Shown here: positions 1 through 9,890 of the stretch, piece after piece
Layout: every line of letters starts with the position of its first letter
Numbering within the stretch: the stretch's first letter is position 1
Position numbers and translations under genes: made by a program
The notes under the pieces: generated by a model
The model's input: only the letters and a program-made list of their open reading frames with translations
Database searches by the model: none
Told to the model about the DNA's origin: nothing
From: an uncultured delta proteobacterium
GTDB lineage: Bacteria; Desulfobacterota; Binatia; UBA9968
DNA length: 64,000 nt
Direction: 5' to 3'
Assembly: GCA_963816145.1 (NCBI GenBank)
Contig: CAWFJP010000011.1
Location: 96,001-160,000, forward strand

Positions 1-1524
1 ACAACGCCCGAGGAAGTGATATAGCCAGCCATGCTTTTGCTCATGCGGTGGCTTGAGATAGCGGCTGCAGAGCATCGGCGTCAGGGTCAACGAAATAAAG
101 CCGGAAACCAGAATCGACACGCAGATGGTCACGGCGAATTCGCGCAGGAGCCGTCCGAGCATGCCGCTCATGAATAGCACCGGGATGAACGCGGCGACCA
201 GTGAAATCGTCATGGAGACGATGGTGAAGCCGATCTCTTTGGCGCCGCTGATCGCGGCATCGAATGGCTTCTCGCCAAGTTCCATGTGACGCACAATGTT
301 TTCCAGGACGACGATGGCGTCATCGACGACAAAACCCACCGCCAGCGTCAACGCCATGAGCGACAGATTGTCCAGGCTGTAGTCGAGCAAATACATCACG
401 GCAAAGGTGCCGACGATGGACATGGGAAGTGCCAAGCTCGGAATGATTGTCGCTGACAAATTGCGTAGAAATAGAAAAATAACCAGAATGACGAGAAAAA
501 TGGTGCCGATTAGCGTCAACTGAACGTCATGCACGGATTCGCGAATCGATTGCGTGCGGTCAAAGAAAAACTCAAGTTTGATCGACGGCGGAATTTGCGC
601 TTGTAGGCCGGGGAGGATTTCTTTGATCGCATCGACTACTTCCACGACGTTCGCGCCCGGTTGGCGCTGAACTCCCAGGATCACCGCTTTCTTGCCCTTG
701 AACCAGCTGGCGATCCGGGTGTTTTCGACGCTGTCGATCGCCTTGCCGATGTCCTGAATGCGCACAGGGGCGCCGTTGCGATAAGTCACCACCAACGACT
801 GAAACGCCGCGCCATTGACGAGCTGGCCATCCGAGACCAGCGTATATGCGCGGGTCGGAGCATTGAGAGTACCCACCGGCAGATCGACGTTGCCGCGCTG
901 CACAGCCGCCACGACATCGTCGACGCCGATCTGGCGCACCGCCAATTGATTCGGATCCAACTGTATGCGAATGGCAAACTTCTGTGAACCGAAGACATCG
1001 ACTTGGGCAACGCCGTTCACCATCGAGATCCGTTGCGCCAAAATCGTCTGGGCATACTCATCGACGGCGGACAGCGGCAGCGTGTCGGAGGTGAGGGCGA
1101 ACAGTATGATCGAATTGTTCGCCGGATTGACTTTACGATAGGATGGCGGCGACGTCATGCTCGGCGGCAGGTCGCGCGCCGTGCGGGCGATCATCGACTG
1201 GACGTCCTGCGCCGCTGCATCGATATTACGGCTAAGAATAAACTGCAGGGTGATCTGGGTGCGGCCCAAGCTGCTCGTCGAACTCATCGAGTCGAGCCCG
1301 GCGATGGTGGAAAAATTTTTTTCCAGCGGCGTCGCCACCGACGATGCCATGGTCTCGGCGCTGGCGCCCGCGAGATTGGCATTGACCGTGATCGTCGGGA
1401 AATCGACCGTCGGCAGATCGCTCACCGGTAGGGATTTGTATCCCATGATGCCGAAGATCAGGATACCGACCATCACCAACGTGGTCGTAACCGGCCGGCG
1501 GATGAAAAGCTCGGAAATATTCAT
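1..1524 (-). CDS. RND efflux transporter permease (AcrB/MdtB/MdtC family), 5' part; runs off the window start
   Basis: Hand translation from ATG at 1524: MNISELFIRRPVTTTLVMVGILIFG...LPVSDLPTVDFPTITV...GFVVDDAIVVLENI. The ATG overlaps the upstream MFP stop (ATGA). Not in the ORF track because it is truncated. Confidence 0.95.
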   Translation of the reverse strand, partial: MNISELFIRRPVTTTLVMVGILIFGIMGYKSLPVSDLPTVDFPTITVNANLAGASAETMASSVATPLEKNFSTIAGLDSMSSTSSLGRTQITLQFILSRNIDAAAQDVQSMIARTARDLPPSMTSPPSYRKVNPANNSIILFALTSDTLPLSAVDEYAQTILAQRISMVNGVAQVDVFGSQKFAIRIQLDPNQLAVRQIGVDDVVAAVQRGNVDLPVGTLNAPTRAYTLVSDGQLVNGAAFQSLVVTYRNGAPVRIQDIGKAIDSVENTRIASWFKGKKAVILGVQRQPGANVVEVVDAIKEILPGLQAQIPPSIKLEFFFDRTQSIRESVHDVQLTLIGTIFLVILVIFLFLRNLSATIIPSLALPMSIVGTFAVMYLLDYSLDNLSLMALTLAVGFVVDDAIVVLENIVRHMELGEKPFDAAISGAKEIGFTIVSMTISLVAAFIPVLFMSGMLGRLLREFAVTICVSILVSGFISLTLTPMLCSRYLKPPHEQKHGWLYHFLGRC

Positions 1525-2987
1525 GACTCACCTCGCGATTCACCTTTGCCACGCGCTTCCCCATCTGGCTTTGCCTTACCTTCGCTACGCCGTCGGCGCT
1601 GGCCATCGCCCTTGGAGTCCTCAGCCGATTTCACAGCTTCTTTGACTTCGCCTTCGGCGGCCTTGCGCTCGCGCCGCCCTTCGCCCTTCACTTGTCCGCC
1701 TGAATTGGCGGTCGTTTTATCCTCGCCGTCAGACTTCGCTTTGCCACGTCCGCCGCCCCGCCGCCCCTCGCCGTTGCCGTCGTCGGCAACTTTGGCCGTC
1801 GCCTTGATATCGACGCGCGAGCCGGGGGACAGGAGGAACTGGCCTTCGCGCACGACTTGCTCGCCAACCGCAACTCCCTTGGTAATGACCGACTCGCCTT
1901 CGTTGCTCTGTCCCACCGAAACCGGTCTGAGTTCGACGCGCTTGTCTTCCTTTACGACGAAGACCTGCTGGCCGTCGGGACCAACCTGAATCGCTTCGGA
2001 CGGGATCACGACGGCGTCCGCTTGAGTCGCCAAGGTTAAAGTGACGTTGATAAATTGCCCAGGCCACAAACGTCTGTCACTATTGGTATACTCAGCTTTG
2101 AGCTTGATGGTTCCCGTGGTCCGGTCCACCGCGTTATCGACAAAGGTTAGAATGCCCTGTTCGGGTCGGCCCTCGCCCGCCGGAAAACTGGCATTAACAT
2201 CAAGCTTGTGGCCCGCCATATGGCGTTTGATATCGAGTAAGTTTTGTTCGGGTACGGCAAAAGTGACATTGATCGGCGTCACCTGGTTGATAACCACCAA
2301 CGGCGCGCCGTCATTGACCCGCACCAGATTGCCTTCGTTGATGAGCAGGCTGCCAACGCGGCCATTCACCGGCGAATAGATGTAGCAGTAACTCAATTGA
2401 ACTTTAGCGTTCTCGACCACGGCTTTGTCGGCGTCGACAACCGCCTCAGCGGCATCCGCGTCTGCCTTGATCTGATCATACTGCTCGCGAGAAACGTACT
2501 GCTTCTCAACCAGCTCAGCATAGCGTTTCAACTGCTCGCGCTTATTCTTGTACTGGGCACTATCGCGCGCCAAGGTTGCTTCGGCTTGTTTCAGCGCGGC
2601 TTCCAAAGGTCGCGGGTCGATCGTAAACAGCAACTGGCCGAGCTTGACGTCTTGCCCTTCCTTAAAATGGGCCTTCTGAAGCACCCCGGTAACCTGACTC
2701 TTGATGGATACGGTATTGAACGGCTCGACGTTTCCGACCGCGCGCAGCTGAACTGGAACGGATTTCTGGACCGCCGTGGCAACCACAACCGGAACCGCTT
2801 CGCCACCGCCCCGACGTCCCCCGCTGCGGCCGGCAGCTCCCCGTTCGCCACTCTCCGCACCGCCTTGGGGCTTTGCCGCCGCATTGTCTTGAGGTTTTTT
2901 ATTGAGCGACCAGGATTGATATTGTTGAAAGCCGGCGAAGCCACCGACCACTGCGAGGAATGCAACGATCCACAGAGTACGCTTCAT
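1521..2987 (-). CDS. RND efflux periplasmic adaptor (MFP, MdtA-like) with a long charged C-terminal tail
   Basis: N-terminal TM anchor; motifs FKEGQDVKLGQLLFTIDPRP, IYSPVNGRVG, FVDNAVDRTTGTIKLKA, LWPGQF. Confidence 0.95.
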   Translation of the reverse strand: MKRTLWIVAFLAVVGGFAGFQQYQSWSLNKKPQDNAAAKPQGGAESGERGAAGRSGGRRGGGEAVPVVVATAVQKSVPVQLRAVGNVEPFNTVSIKSQVTGVLQKAHFKEGQDVKLGQLLFTIDPRPLEAALKQAEATLARDSAQYKNKREQLKRYAELVEKQYVSREQYDQIKADADAAEAVVDADKAVVENAKVQLSYCYIYSPVNGRVGSLLINEGNLVRVNDGAPLVVINQVTPINVTFAVPEQNLLDIKRHMAGHKLDVNASFPAGEGRPEQGILTFVDNAVDRTTGTIKLKAEYTNSDRRLWPGQFINVTLTLATQADAVVIPSEAIQVGPDGQQVFVVKEDKRVELRPVSVGQSNEGESVITKGVAVGEQVVREGQFLLSPGSRVDIKATAKVADDGNGEGRRGGGRGKAKSDGEDKTTANSGGQVKGEGRRERKAAEGEVKEAVKSAEDSKGDGQRRRRSEGKAKPDGEARGKGESRGES

Positions 2988-3021
2988 AGGGTTTTCGAGT
3001 GACCCCTTTCCGACATTTGGC

Positions 3022-4455
3022 CTATTTGATCGAGTTCTGTTTCAAGACGGCGACCCGGGTATCACCCATGGCCCGGGCTAACTGTGCATCGGCTATCTTA
3101 TATTGATAAATGGCGCTTACATAATTGATCTGCGCTTCGGTGTAAAGGGTCTCCGCATCGGTCACTTCGATAATCGAACCAACACCGACCTGGTACCGCC
3201 CTTGGGCGAGATCGAGATTCTCTTTCGCCGCAGTTGCCGCCGACTCGGTGGCTTTGATTCGCTCCTGAGTCTCCACGACTCTAAGGTAACTCTGCTCCAC
3301 CTCCAGAGCAATCAGCTGGCGACGGTCCTCTTCCTGGGCTTTGACATTATAGTAGTTGTGGAGTGTTTCTTCGACCCGCTGGGTGGTGCGAAATCCGTCG
3401 AAGATCGGGATGTTAAGAACTAAACCCACTGCCCAAGCCGGCTGTAGAGGGAAGGTGTTCAGGTGACGGTTGGTCGTCGAATCACCGCTGCCGAATCGTT
3501 GGATCTCGTTGCTCGAATGGCGTCGGCCGTAACTGGCATCGAAGTTCAGATCCGGCAAATGGCCCCGGCGCGCCGTGGCGATCAGTTGATCCGAGGCGCG
3601 ACGTTGCGCCTCGAAACTTTTAAGTTCGGTGCGGGTTTCGTAGGCAATATTTCTCGCCTCGGCCAAGTTCATCGAAAGTTCCACTTCCGGACCAACCTCG
3701 GCAACCGGCTGTTCCGGCAGCCGCGGCGAGCCCATGGCGTTGCGCAGCGTTACCCAAGCGATTTTCACGGCGTTTTCCGCTTGGATCAGGCCGGCCTGAG
3801 CGTTGTAAAGATTCGCCTCCGCGCGCGCGACGTCAATCTTCGCCCGCGTTCCCACTTCGAAAAACCCTTTGGCCTGACGCACCAGCAAGTCACGGTTACG
3901 CACCGTGCCATTGGCCACGTTGACGAAGGCTTGAGCGGCGAGATAGGTGTAATAGGCCGTCTTAATGGCCAGCGCGGTGTCTTGGACCGTGGTCTCATAG
4001 TCCTGCTGCACCGCGCCTAAGGTTTCACGTGCTGCCTGCACGGTGCCCTCGCGCTTGCCAAAATTATATAGCGTCATAGTGAAAAGGGCCTGGCTGATAA
4101 ATGTTTCGCTCGCCGCAGAGCTATCGGCAACAGCGGAACCTGTAGACGCGGCGCGGTATTGGTTGTTTAAACTGACGGTGGGATAGTAAGCGGACATCTG
4201 TTGGCCGAGAATCGCTTGCTGCGATAAGACCCGCTCGTCGGCCGACTTGATGCGCGGATGATTCTCCAAGCCAATGCGCACGGCGTCTTCCAGGGTCAGC
4301 AACTTTCCGGTTGGCGATGGCGAGGCTTGCGCTCCCGGCACCGCCTGAACTTGCATCTGAATTTGGGCCGCTTGAGATACGGTGGTTAGCACAGCCGCGT
4401 GTGCCAATGCATAGGCAATCAGCCAAGTTGCAACTTTTCTATTGCGCCCGGTCAT
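3022..4455 (-). CDS. TolC family outer membrane efflux protein
   Basis: Signal peptide; OEP repeat motifs (LTLEDAVRIGLENHP, IPIFDG, RYQVGVGSIIEVTDAE); in an operon with the MFP and RND genes. Confidence 0.92.
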   Translation of the reverse strand: MTGRNRKVATWLIAYALAHAAVLTTVSQAAQIQMQVQAVPGAQASPSPTGKLLTLEDAVRIGLENHPRIKSADERVLSQQAILGQQMSAYYPTVSLNNQYRAASTGSAVADSSAASETFISQALFTMTLYNFGKREGTVQAARETLGAVQQDYETTVQDTALAIKTAYYTYLAAQAFVNVANGTVRNRDLLVRQAKGFFEVGTRAKIDVARAEANLYNAQAGLIQAENAVKIAWVTLRNAMGSPRLPEQPVAEVGPEVELSMNLAEARNIAYETRTELKSFEAQRRASDQLIATARRGHLPDLNFDASYGRRHSSNEIQRFGSGDSTTNRHLNTFPLQPAWAVGLVLNIPIFDGFRTTQRVEETLHNYYNVKAQEEDRRQLIALEVEQSYLRVVETQERIKATESAATAAKENLDLAQGRYQVGVGSIIEVTDAETLYTEAQINYVSAIYQYKIADAQLARAMGDTRVAVLKQNSIK

Positions 4456-4573
4456 ACCCTTCCCCCTTGCGAAAGCTCGCTAACCCTATCGGGTTTAACC
4501 TATTAAAGCAAAATCGTCCCAAAGCACCACCAACAGATTTTAACAGTCCTAACCATCATTGAGAAATCAAAAT

Positions 4574-4790
4574 TTAAGGCAGGATCGCAAAGATTCGCAA
4601 CGGGGCGCCGCTGCCCCCTTTGATTTTCATCGGGATGGCATAGATCGTGGCTGCCGTCGCTGACAAGCGATCCAAGTGAGCGATGTCCGCGAAAATCGCC
4701 CTGGTTCGCACCCGCGAGAATTTACGGCGTCGCGATGTCCTTCGACGCGCCGTGATCGATGCTCGGGGTGTCGATGACAACCGCTGTGAC
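4574..4790 (-). pseudogene. Remnant of the C-terminus of a cyclase (kynurenine formamidase-like) family gene
   Basis: One frame reads VTAVVIDTPSIDHGASKDIATP*ILAGAN, then after a frameshift DIAHLDRLSATAATIYAIPMKIKGGSGAPLRIFAILP*. This resembles the cyclase GIDTxSxD ... PxKIxGGSGAPxR signature. The N-terminal part is absent. Confidence 0.7.
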
Positions 4791-4857
4791 AAGCTTGGGC
4801 AAGTCAGTTGCCAGGATCAGTGAAGCACGAAACCACTGTCTAGTTTAACCAGGGAAG

Positions 4858-5316
4858 CTACCGGGTGCTCCGCAGTGCGTCCAACTGACGGCGCGCCTCG
4901 TCAAATCCCGGATTAATCTTGAGCGCGGCTTCGAATTCCTGTTCCGCCTCGCCGCGCCGCCCGGCATCGACCAAAACACGGCCAAGTTCGTAATGCGCCA
5001 CATCATCGTCTGGACAGAGCTGCAATCCTTGACGGTACAAAGAAATCTGTTCGTCGCGATTGGTCGACAGCTGCACCTTGTCGAAATAATCGCGGAAGGC
5101 GCGGCTACACTGATCGGAGGTCTGCTTGCTCTGTCTTAGGGCTTCGAGTTCGGCCCGTTGCCGGGCCATTTCCGCGTTCTGTTCCTTGATCTGTTCCTGT
5201 TGCTTCTTTAGGTCTTCCTCCAGGTAGCCGGTGAGACAGGAGGACAGCAGCGCGATACTTAGCAACAACACCGTGAGACTAGCCAGCGTGGAGTTGCTTT
5301 GACGCAACCGCTTCAT
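4858..5316 (-). CDS. TPR-repeat lipoprotein
   Basis: Lipobox LSSC after a hydrophobic stretch, coiled-coil segment, TPR motifs (AHYELGRVL, EFEAALKINP); GGAG upstream of the ATG at 5316. Confidence 0.75.
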   Translation of the reverse strand: MKRLRQSNSTLASLTVLLLSIALLSSCLTGYLEEDLKKQQEQIKEQNAEMARQRAELEALRQSKQTSDQCSRAFRDYFDKVQLSTNRDEQISLYRQGLQLCPDDDVAHYELGRVLVDAGRRGEAEQEFEAALKINPGFDEARRQLDALRSTR

Positions 5317-5359
5317 GATCTGCTCCAATTTCGCGAATTATCGGCAAGCCCAAAGATTC

Positions 5360-7705
5360 TTACGATTTGCGGTCTGCCAACGCAAGAAAAATCTTTTCCG
5401 CTTTGATCGGCAGATCTCTAATGCGCACACCGACGGCATCGTAGATCGCGTTGGCGATGGCGGGGGCGACTGGGATCAACGCGCTTTCGCCGATGCCTTT
5501 GGCGCCGAACGGACCGTTACGATCCGGCACTTCGACGGCGATCGAATCGATCACCGGCGGCATATCGCCGAGCGAAGGTAAGACGTAATCGACTAAGTTT
5601 GGATTAATCAATTGGCCATTGTCATAGGCGATCTCTTCGAACATCGCCTGACCCATGCCGGTGATCGCCGCGCCGGCGAGCTGCTGGCGGCAGCCCAGCG
5701 GGTTGAGCGCCTTGCCGACATCGACGGCGCTGGCGTACTTCAACAATTTGAATTTACCGGTGTCGACATCCACCTCGACTTCAGCGGCACCGGCGGCGAG
5801 AAACCAGAAGGCCGATGTGATCTTCTCGTCGAACTCGTCTTTGGTGGAAGTTTTTACTTGTCCTTCGCCGACCAAAGTCCCGCCTTGCATGCCGAAGCGT
5901 TTGAACATGGCCTCGGCGTAGTCGAGCTGGGTTTCCGGCAAGCGAATCTTGCCGTCGGCGAAGCTGACCTTGTCTCCCGGCACGCCATATTCTTTGACGA
6001 CAATCTGCTTGAGCTGGCGCTTGATATCTTGGGCCGCCAGCTGCACCGCCTTGCCCATGTGAAAAGTCGAGCGGCTCGACGAGGTCGTCAAATCGTACGG
6101 CACCACGTCGGTATCGACGCCGAGAACCTGAATGGTCGGCATGGGAATGCCCAATTCCTTGCCGGCGATCTGCGCGAGCACGGTTTCCGATCCCTGCCCC
6201 ATCTCCACGGTACCGGTATAGATAGATAGGCTCGCATCCTCGTTCAACTTCACCACTGCACAGGAAATCGACGGCGTGATCGTCGCCTTGATCATGCAAG
6301 CGAGACCCTTACCGCGCCGCAGATTGTCCGGCGTTGAACCCTTCGACGGGCTCAGTGCAGGCTCTTGAACCTTTGAACCCTTAAACGTTTTCGTCTCCCA
6401 CCCGATAGATTTCGCCACCTCGTCGATACACTCCTTCAAACCGACCGCGCGCAGCGTCTCTTCGGTAACGAACTTGTCGCCCTCGTTGTAGCCGTTCTGC
6501 TTGCGCAGCTCGACCGGGTCCATCTTGAGCGCCGCGGCGATGATGTCCATCTGCGACTCCACGGCCCAGGCGGACTGTGACACACCAAAGCCGCGGAAAG
6601 CCCCCGCCGGCGGTTTATTGGTATAGACCGAGTAGGAGTCGATTTTTAGGTTGGGAATCTTGTACGGTCCCGCCGCCGTGTAGCCGGATTTTTTCGCCAC
6701 CCGCGGGCCGATCTCGGCATAGGCGCCGGTATCGAGATGGATTTCGCACTCGCGCGCGATCAGCGTGCCGTCCTTTTTGACGCCGGTTTTCATGCGGATC
6801 ACCGCCGCATGCTTGGTGATCGTGTAAAAAACTTCTTCACGGGAAAGCACCAGCCGCACCGGCCGGCCGGCTTTCTGCGACAACGCAACCGTAATCGGCT
6901 CGACCTTCGGGTAGACCTTGCCGCCGTAGCCGCCGCCGAGGTAAGGCACGATCACGCGAACTTTTGCCACCGGAACTTTGAAGATATTGGCCAACTGAGT
7001 GCGCACGACGAACGGATTCTGCGTCGTCGCCCAGACCGTGATCCGTCCACCGGGCTCCACCGAAGCGATGCAGGCGTGGGTTTCGAGAAAACTATGCTGC
7101 GTCGCCGGCAGCGTGAAGGTGTCTTCGAAAACCTGATCCGCTCCGGCGAAGCCCTTATCGATGTCACCGCGATTGAGACGGAAGTGGGTGCATAGGTTGG
7201 TCCCTTCGATCGGTTTGATCTCGGCTAGATCGGCGAAACCGGAAGCCGGCAGCTTGACCGAATCATGTACCAACATCGCGCCGCTCTTGAGCGCATCGCC
7301 GATGTTGAGAACCGCCGGTAGTTCTTCGTAATCGACTTCGATCAATTTCACAGCCGCTTCGGCGACGTCGATCGTCAATGCCGCCACCGCCGCCACCGGA
7401 TCGCCGACATGACGCACTTTTTCGGTCGCGACGATGGTCTGGTCTTTGAACACCGGCCCATAAAACGGCTCGATGCCTTCATCGTGCAAGATGTCATCCC
7501 GGGTCAGCACCGCCATCACGCCGGGAACTTTCGCCGCCTTCGAAGCATCGACACGGACGATCCGCGCATGCGGATAAGGACTGCGAAGAATCTTCCCATG
7601 CAGCATGCCCGGCACGGTCATGTCGGCCAAGTACTGCGCCCGCCCCGTCACTTTGGTTTCATAATCCAAACGGCGAAAGGTTTTGCCGATGTCTGCTAGT
7701 TCCAT
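5360..7705 (-). CDS. Xanthine dehydrogenase family molybdopterin-binding (large) subunit
   Basis: KVTGRAQY, LRSPYPHARI, GGGYGGK, AFRGFG, EMGQG, GAKGIGE (catalytic Glu); probable start MELADIGK at 7705. Confidence 0.95.
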   Translation of the reverse strand: MELADIGKTFRRLDYETKVTGRAQYLADMTVPGMLHGKILRSPYPHARIVRVDASKAAKVPGVMAVLTRDDILHDEGIEPFYGPVFKDQTIVATEKVRHVGDPVAAVAALTIDVAEAAVKLIEVDYEELPAVLNIGDALKSGAMLVHDSVKLPASGFADLAEIKPIEGTNLCTHFRLNRGDIDKGFAGADQVFEDTFTLPATQHSFLETHACIASVEPGGRITVWATTQNPFVVRTQLANIFKVPVAKVRVIVPYLGGGYGGKVYPKVEPITVALSQKAGRPVRLVLSREEVFYTITKHAAVIRMKTGVKKDGTLIARECEIHLDTGAYAEIGPRVAKKSGYTAAGPYKIPNLKIDSYSVYTNKPPAGAFRGFGVSQSAWAVESQMDIIAAALKMDPVELRKQNGYNEGDKFVTEETLRAVGLKECIDEVAKSIGWETKTFKGSKVQEPALSPSKGSTPDNLRRGKGLACMIKATITPSISCAVVKLNEDASLSIYTGTVEMGQGSETVLAQIAGKELGIPMPTIQVLGVDTDVVPYDLTTSSSRSTFHMGKAVQLAAQDIKRQLKQIVVKEYGVPGDKVSFADGKIRLPETQLDYAEAMFKRFGMQGGTLVGEGQVKTSTKDEFDEKITSAFWFLAAGAAEVEVDVDTGKFKLLKYASAVDVGKALNPLGCRQQLAGAAITGMGQAMFEEIAYDNGQLINPNLVDYVLPSLGDMPPVIDSIAVEVPDRNGPFGAKGIGESALIPVAPAIANAIYDAVGVRIRDLPIKAEKIFLALADRKS

Positions 7706-7781
7706 GGTATTGTCTCGTATACTGACTGCCGTAAGGGCTAAAGGGTGAGGGGTTAGGGGTTTTCTGGAACCCCCTAACCCC

Positions 7782-8246
7782 TTACGCTTCACCCCTAACG
7801 TTCTTAATCGCTTGCACTATCTCCTGATAACAACCGCAGCGACAGAAGTTGCCGGCTAAGTAATCGCGAATCTGCTCATCGGATGGATGCGGCGTTTCGT
7901 CGAGCAGCGCCTTTGCGGTGAGAATGAATCCCGACGTGCAATAACCGCACTGCAACGCGCCGAACTCCATGAACGCTTCCTGAAGCGGATGGAGCCTGTC
8001 CTTAGAGCTCAATCCTTCGATGGTCTCGATTGCACAACCGTCCACGTCCAAGGCCAGCATCGAGCAAGCGCTCACCGGCTTGCCTTCCACCAACAACGTG
8101 CAAGCGCCGCACACTTGAATGTCACAGCCCAGCTTGGCGCCAGTCAGGCCGAACTCCTCCCGCACCAAGTCCAGCAGCGTCATGCGTGCTTCGACTTCGA
8201 CGCTACGCTCGTTACCGTTAATAATCAGTGAAATTGTTGTCTTCAT
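7782..8246 (-). CDS. (2Fe-2S)-binding small subunit of molybdenum hydroxylase (CoxS/XdhC-like)
   Basis: GCxxxxCGAC, QCGYC and CRC cysteine motifs. Confidence 0.95.
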   Translation of the reverse strand: MKTTISLIINGNERSVEVEARMTLLDLVREEFGLTGAKLGCDIQVCGACTLLVEGKPVSACSMLALDVDGCAIETIEGLSSKDRLHPLQEAFMEFGALQCGYCTSGFILTAKALLDETPHPSDEQIRDYLAGNFCRCGCYQEIVQAIKNVRGEA

Positions 8247-8328
8247 AAGGCAGAAGCAAAGGGTCTTGTAGCTTTCACACTTCAGGACAGGTCAACATTT
8301 GAACGTGCGAGGCGTTTTCGATTAGCGA

Positions 8329-8661
8329 TCAGCGCTGTACGATGTCCACGATTTTTCGAATTACCTCACGCAGCTTCACAGTTGCAAGCTGACCGGCTTT
8401 GTAGAGGACAATGCGCTGGTCCGCGGTAAAAAGACGATTTGGTCTGATATTGCTCTTTTGCCTTAGACCCCCGACGGCGAAGTCCTTATCTACGAGAGCT
8501 ATCGCATACTTGTCTCTAACAGCCTGACTGGTAATCTGGCAAAGTACGAGGTCGTCTCCTTCGAGAACCGCCACCACCAAGGCGGGACGCCTCTTGGCCT
8601 GTGATAAATCCGAAAACGGAAACGGGACGACAACGACATCGCCCTTTACAAATGTTGCCAA
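8329..8661 (-). CDS. Type II toxin, PemK/MazF family endoribonuclease
   Basis: KGDVVVVPFPFSDLSQAKRRPALVV...CQITS; probable TTG start at 8661 overlapping the antitoxin end. Confidence 0.9.
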   Translation of the reverse strand: MATFVKGDVVVVPFPFSDLSQAKRRPALVVAVLEGDDLVLCQITSQAVRDKYAIALVDKDFAVGGLRQKSNIRPNRLFTADQRIVLYKAGQLATVKLREVIRKIVDIVQR

Positions 8662-8840
8662 GCTTTGTCTTCCTCTGGACTCAGCCAATCTTTTTTCAGC
8701 GACGATTCGCTGAGTAAGCTAGTGTCTAACTTTTCCTCAGCGCACTTGCTCTTTAGAAATCGCACAAAGTCCAGCACCTCTTCGAGCAACGGCTCTGGTA
8801 CTTGGGCAATCTCTTTAGCGATCAATTGTTTCCTGTTCAT
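8646..8840 (-). CDS. Putative antitoxin, DUF2281-like
   Basis: MNRKQLIAKEIAQVPEPLLEEVLDFVRFLK...SESSLKKDWLSPEEDKAW; GGAGG RBS; directly upstream of and overlapping the toxin. Confidence 0.8.
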   Translation of the reverse strand: MNRKQLIAKEIAQVPEPLLEEVLDFVRFLKSKCAEEKLDTSLLSESSLKKDWLSPEEDKAWQHL

Positions 8841-8998
8841 CGTTTCGCCTCCCAGCGACAGTAAGACGCTACCCATATCCGGAGCAAATTTTGAAAATAG
8901 AGACCGTCGGAGCTTCGGACCATTTCTCCGATTTTGATTCGCATTATGCAAGCAAAAACACCGTTAGTCTTTTTGCCTTCTTCATTTTTACTTTTACC

Positions 8999-9877
8999 CT
9001 ATTTGACCACCCGCTGTGCCTGCTCGTACGCTTTCACCGCGGCGCGCTTCACTAGCGTCTTGACCATCGCACGCTTGTACTGCTCCGAGCCGCGCAGGTC
9101 GCTTGTCGGATTGCACTCCTGCGCTGCAATGCTGCCGGCTTCTAACGCCAAATCGGTGGTCGTCTTTGTGCCGACAATGAATGCTTCGGCCTTGCGCGCG
9201 CGCACCGGCGTCGCGCCGACGCAGCCGAGGACGATGCGAGCGCTGTCTGTCGTGCCATTGGCCTGCAAAGTTACCCGCACCGCAACCCCAGCCGCCGGTT
9301 TATCGACCACCGAGCTGCTGGAAAAACGAATGTAGTCGATACCCGAGCGCAGCGGCAGCGTCGGCAACACGACTTGGGTAAGAATCTCATCTTCGGCCAA
9401 ACTGGTTGTGTAAAAGTCGAGGAATAGTTCCTCGACGGCGATCGTCCGCTGCCCGTTGGGACCGGAAATCTTCACCTTGCCATCCAACGCGATAAATATT
9501 TGCGCCAGATCCGTCAGCGGCTCGCCCGAAGCGAGATTGCCGCCGACCGTGCCCATATTGCGTACTCGAATGTTGGCAACTTCCCTTTCAGCTTCGCAGA
9601 GCACCGGAAATTTCTCGTGCACGAGCGCCGAAGTCTCCAACTCACGGTGTGTCACTAACGCGCCGATAGTCAAACCTTCATCAGCATCGAAGCGAATACC
9701 TTTGATCTCCGCAATCTTTTTGATGTTGACCAGCGTTTTGGGTTCCAACAACCCCTGCTTCATGAGAATTGTCAGATGCGCCCCGCCGGCAAACACCTTC
9801 GCTTCACCGCCATACTGCTTGAGCAGCGCGCAGGCCTCAGCGACCGTCTTGGGTTCGAGGTAATCGAAGTTCTTCAT
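8999..9877 (-). CDS. FAD-binding medium subunit of molybdenum hydroxylase (CoxM/CutM-like)
   Basis: FDYLEPKTVAEA, AGG, RNMGTVGGNL, SDLRGSEQYKR. Confidence 0.93.
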   Translation of the reverse strand: MKNFDYLEPKTVAEACALLKQYGGEAKVFAGGAHLTILMKQGLLEPKTLVNIKKIAEIKGIRFDADEGLTIGALVTHRELETSALVHEKFPVLCEAEREVANIRVRNMGTVGGNLASGEPLTDLAQIFIALDGKVKISGPNGQRTIAVEELFLDFYTTSLAEDEILTQVVLPTLPLRSGIDYIRFSSSSVVDKPAAGVAVRVTLQANGTTDSARIVLGCVGATPVRARKAEAFIVGTKTTTDLALEAGSIAAQECNPTSDLRGSEQYKRAMVKTLVKRAAVKAYEQAQRVVK

Positions 9878-9890
9878 AATTTTCGGATTA

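Noticed and set aside
5360-9877. Aerobic CO dehydrogenase (coxMSL) or 4-hydroxybenzoyl-CoA reductase
   Set aside because: The active-site loop is AFRGFG rather than AYxCSFR or AYRGAGR, and the FAD subunit has no Cys-rich Fe-S insert
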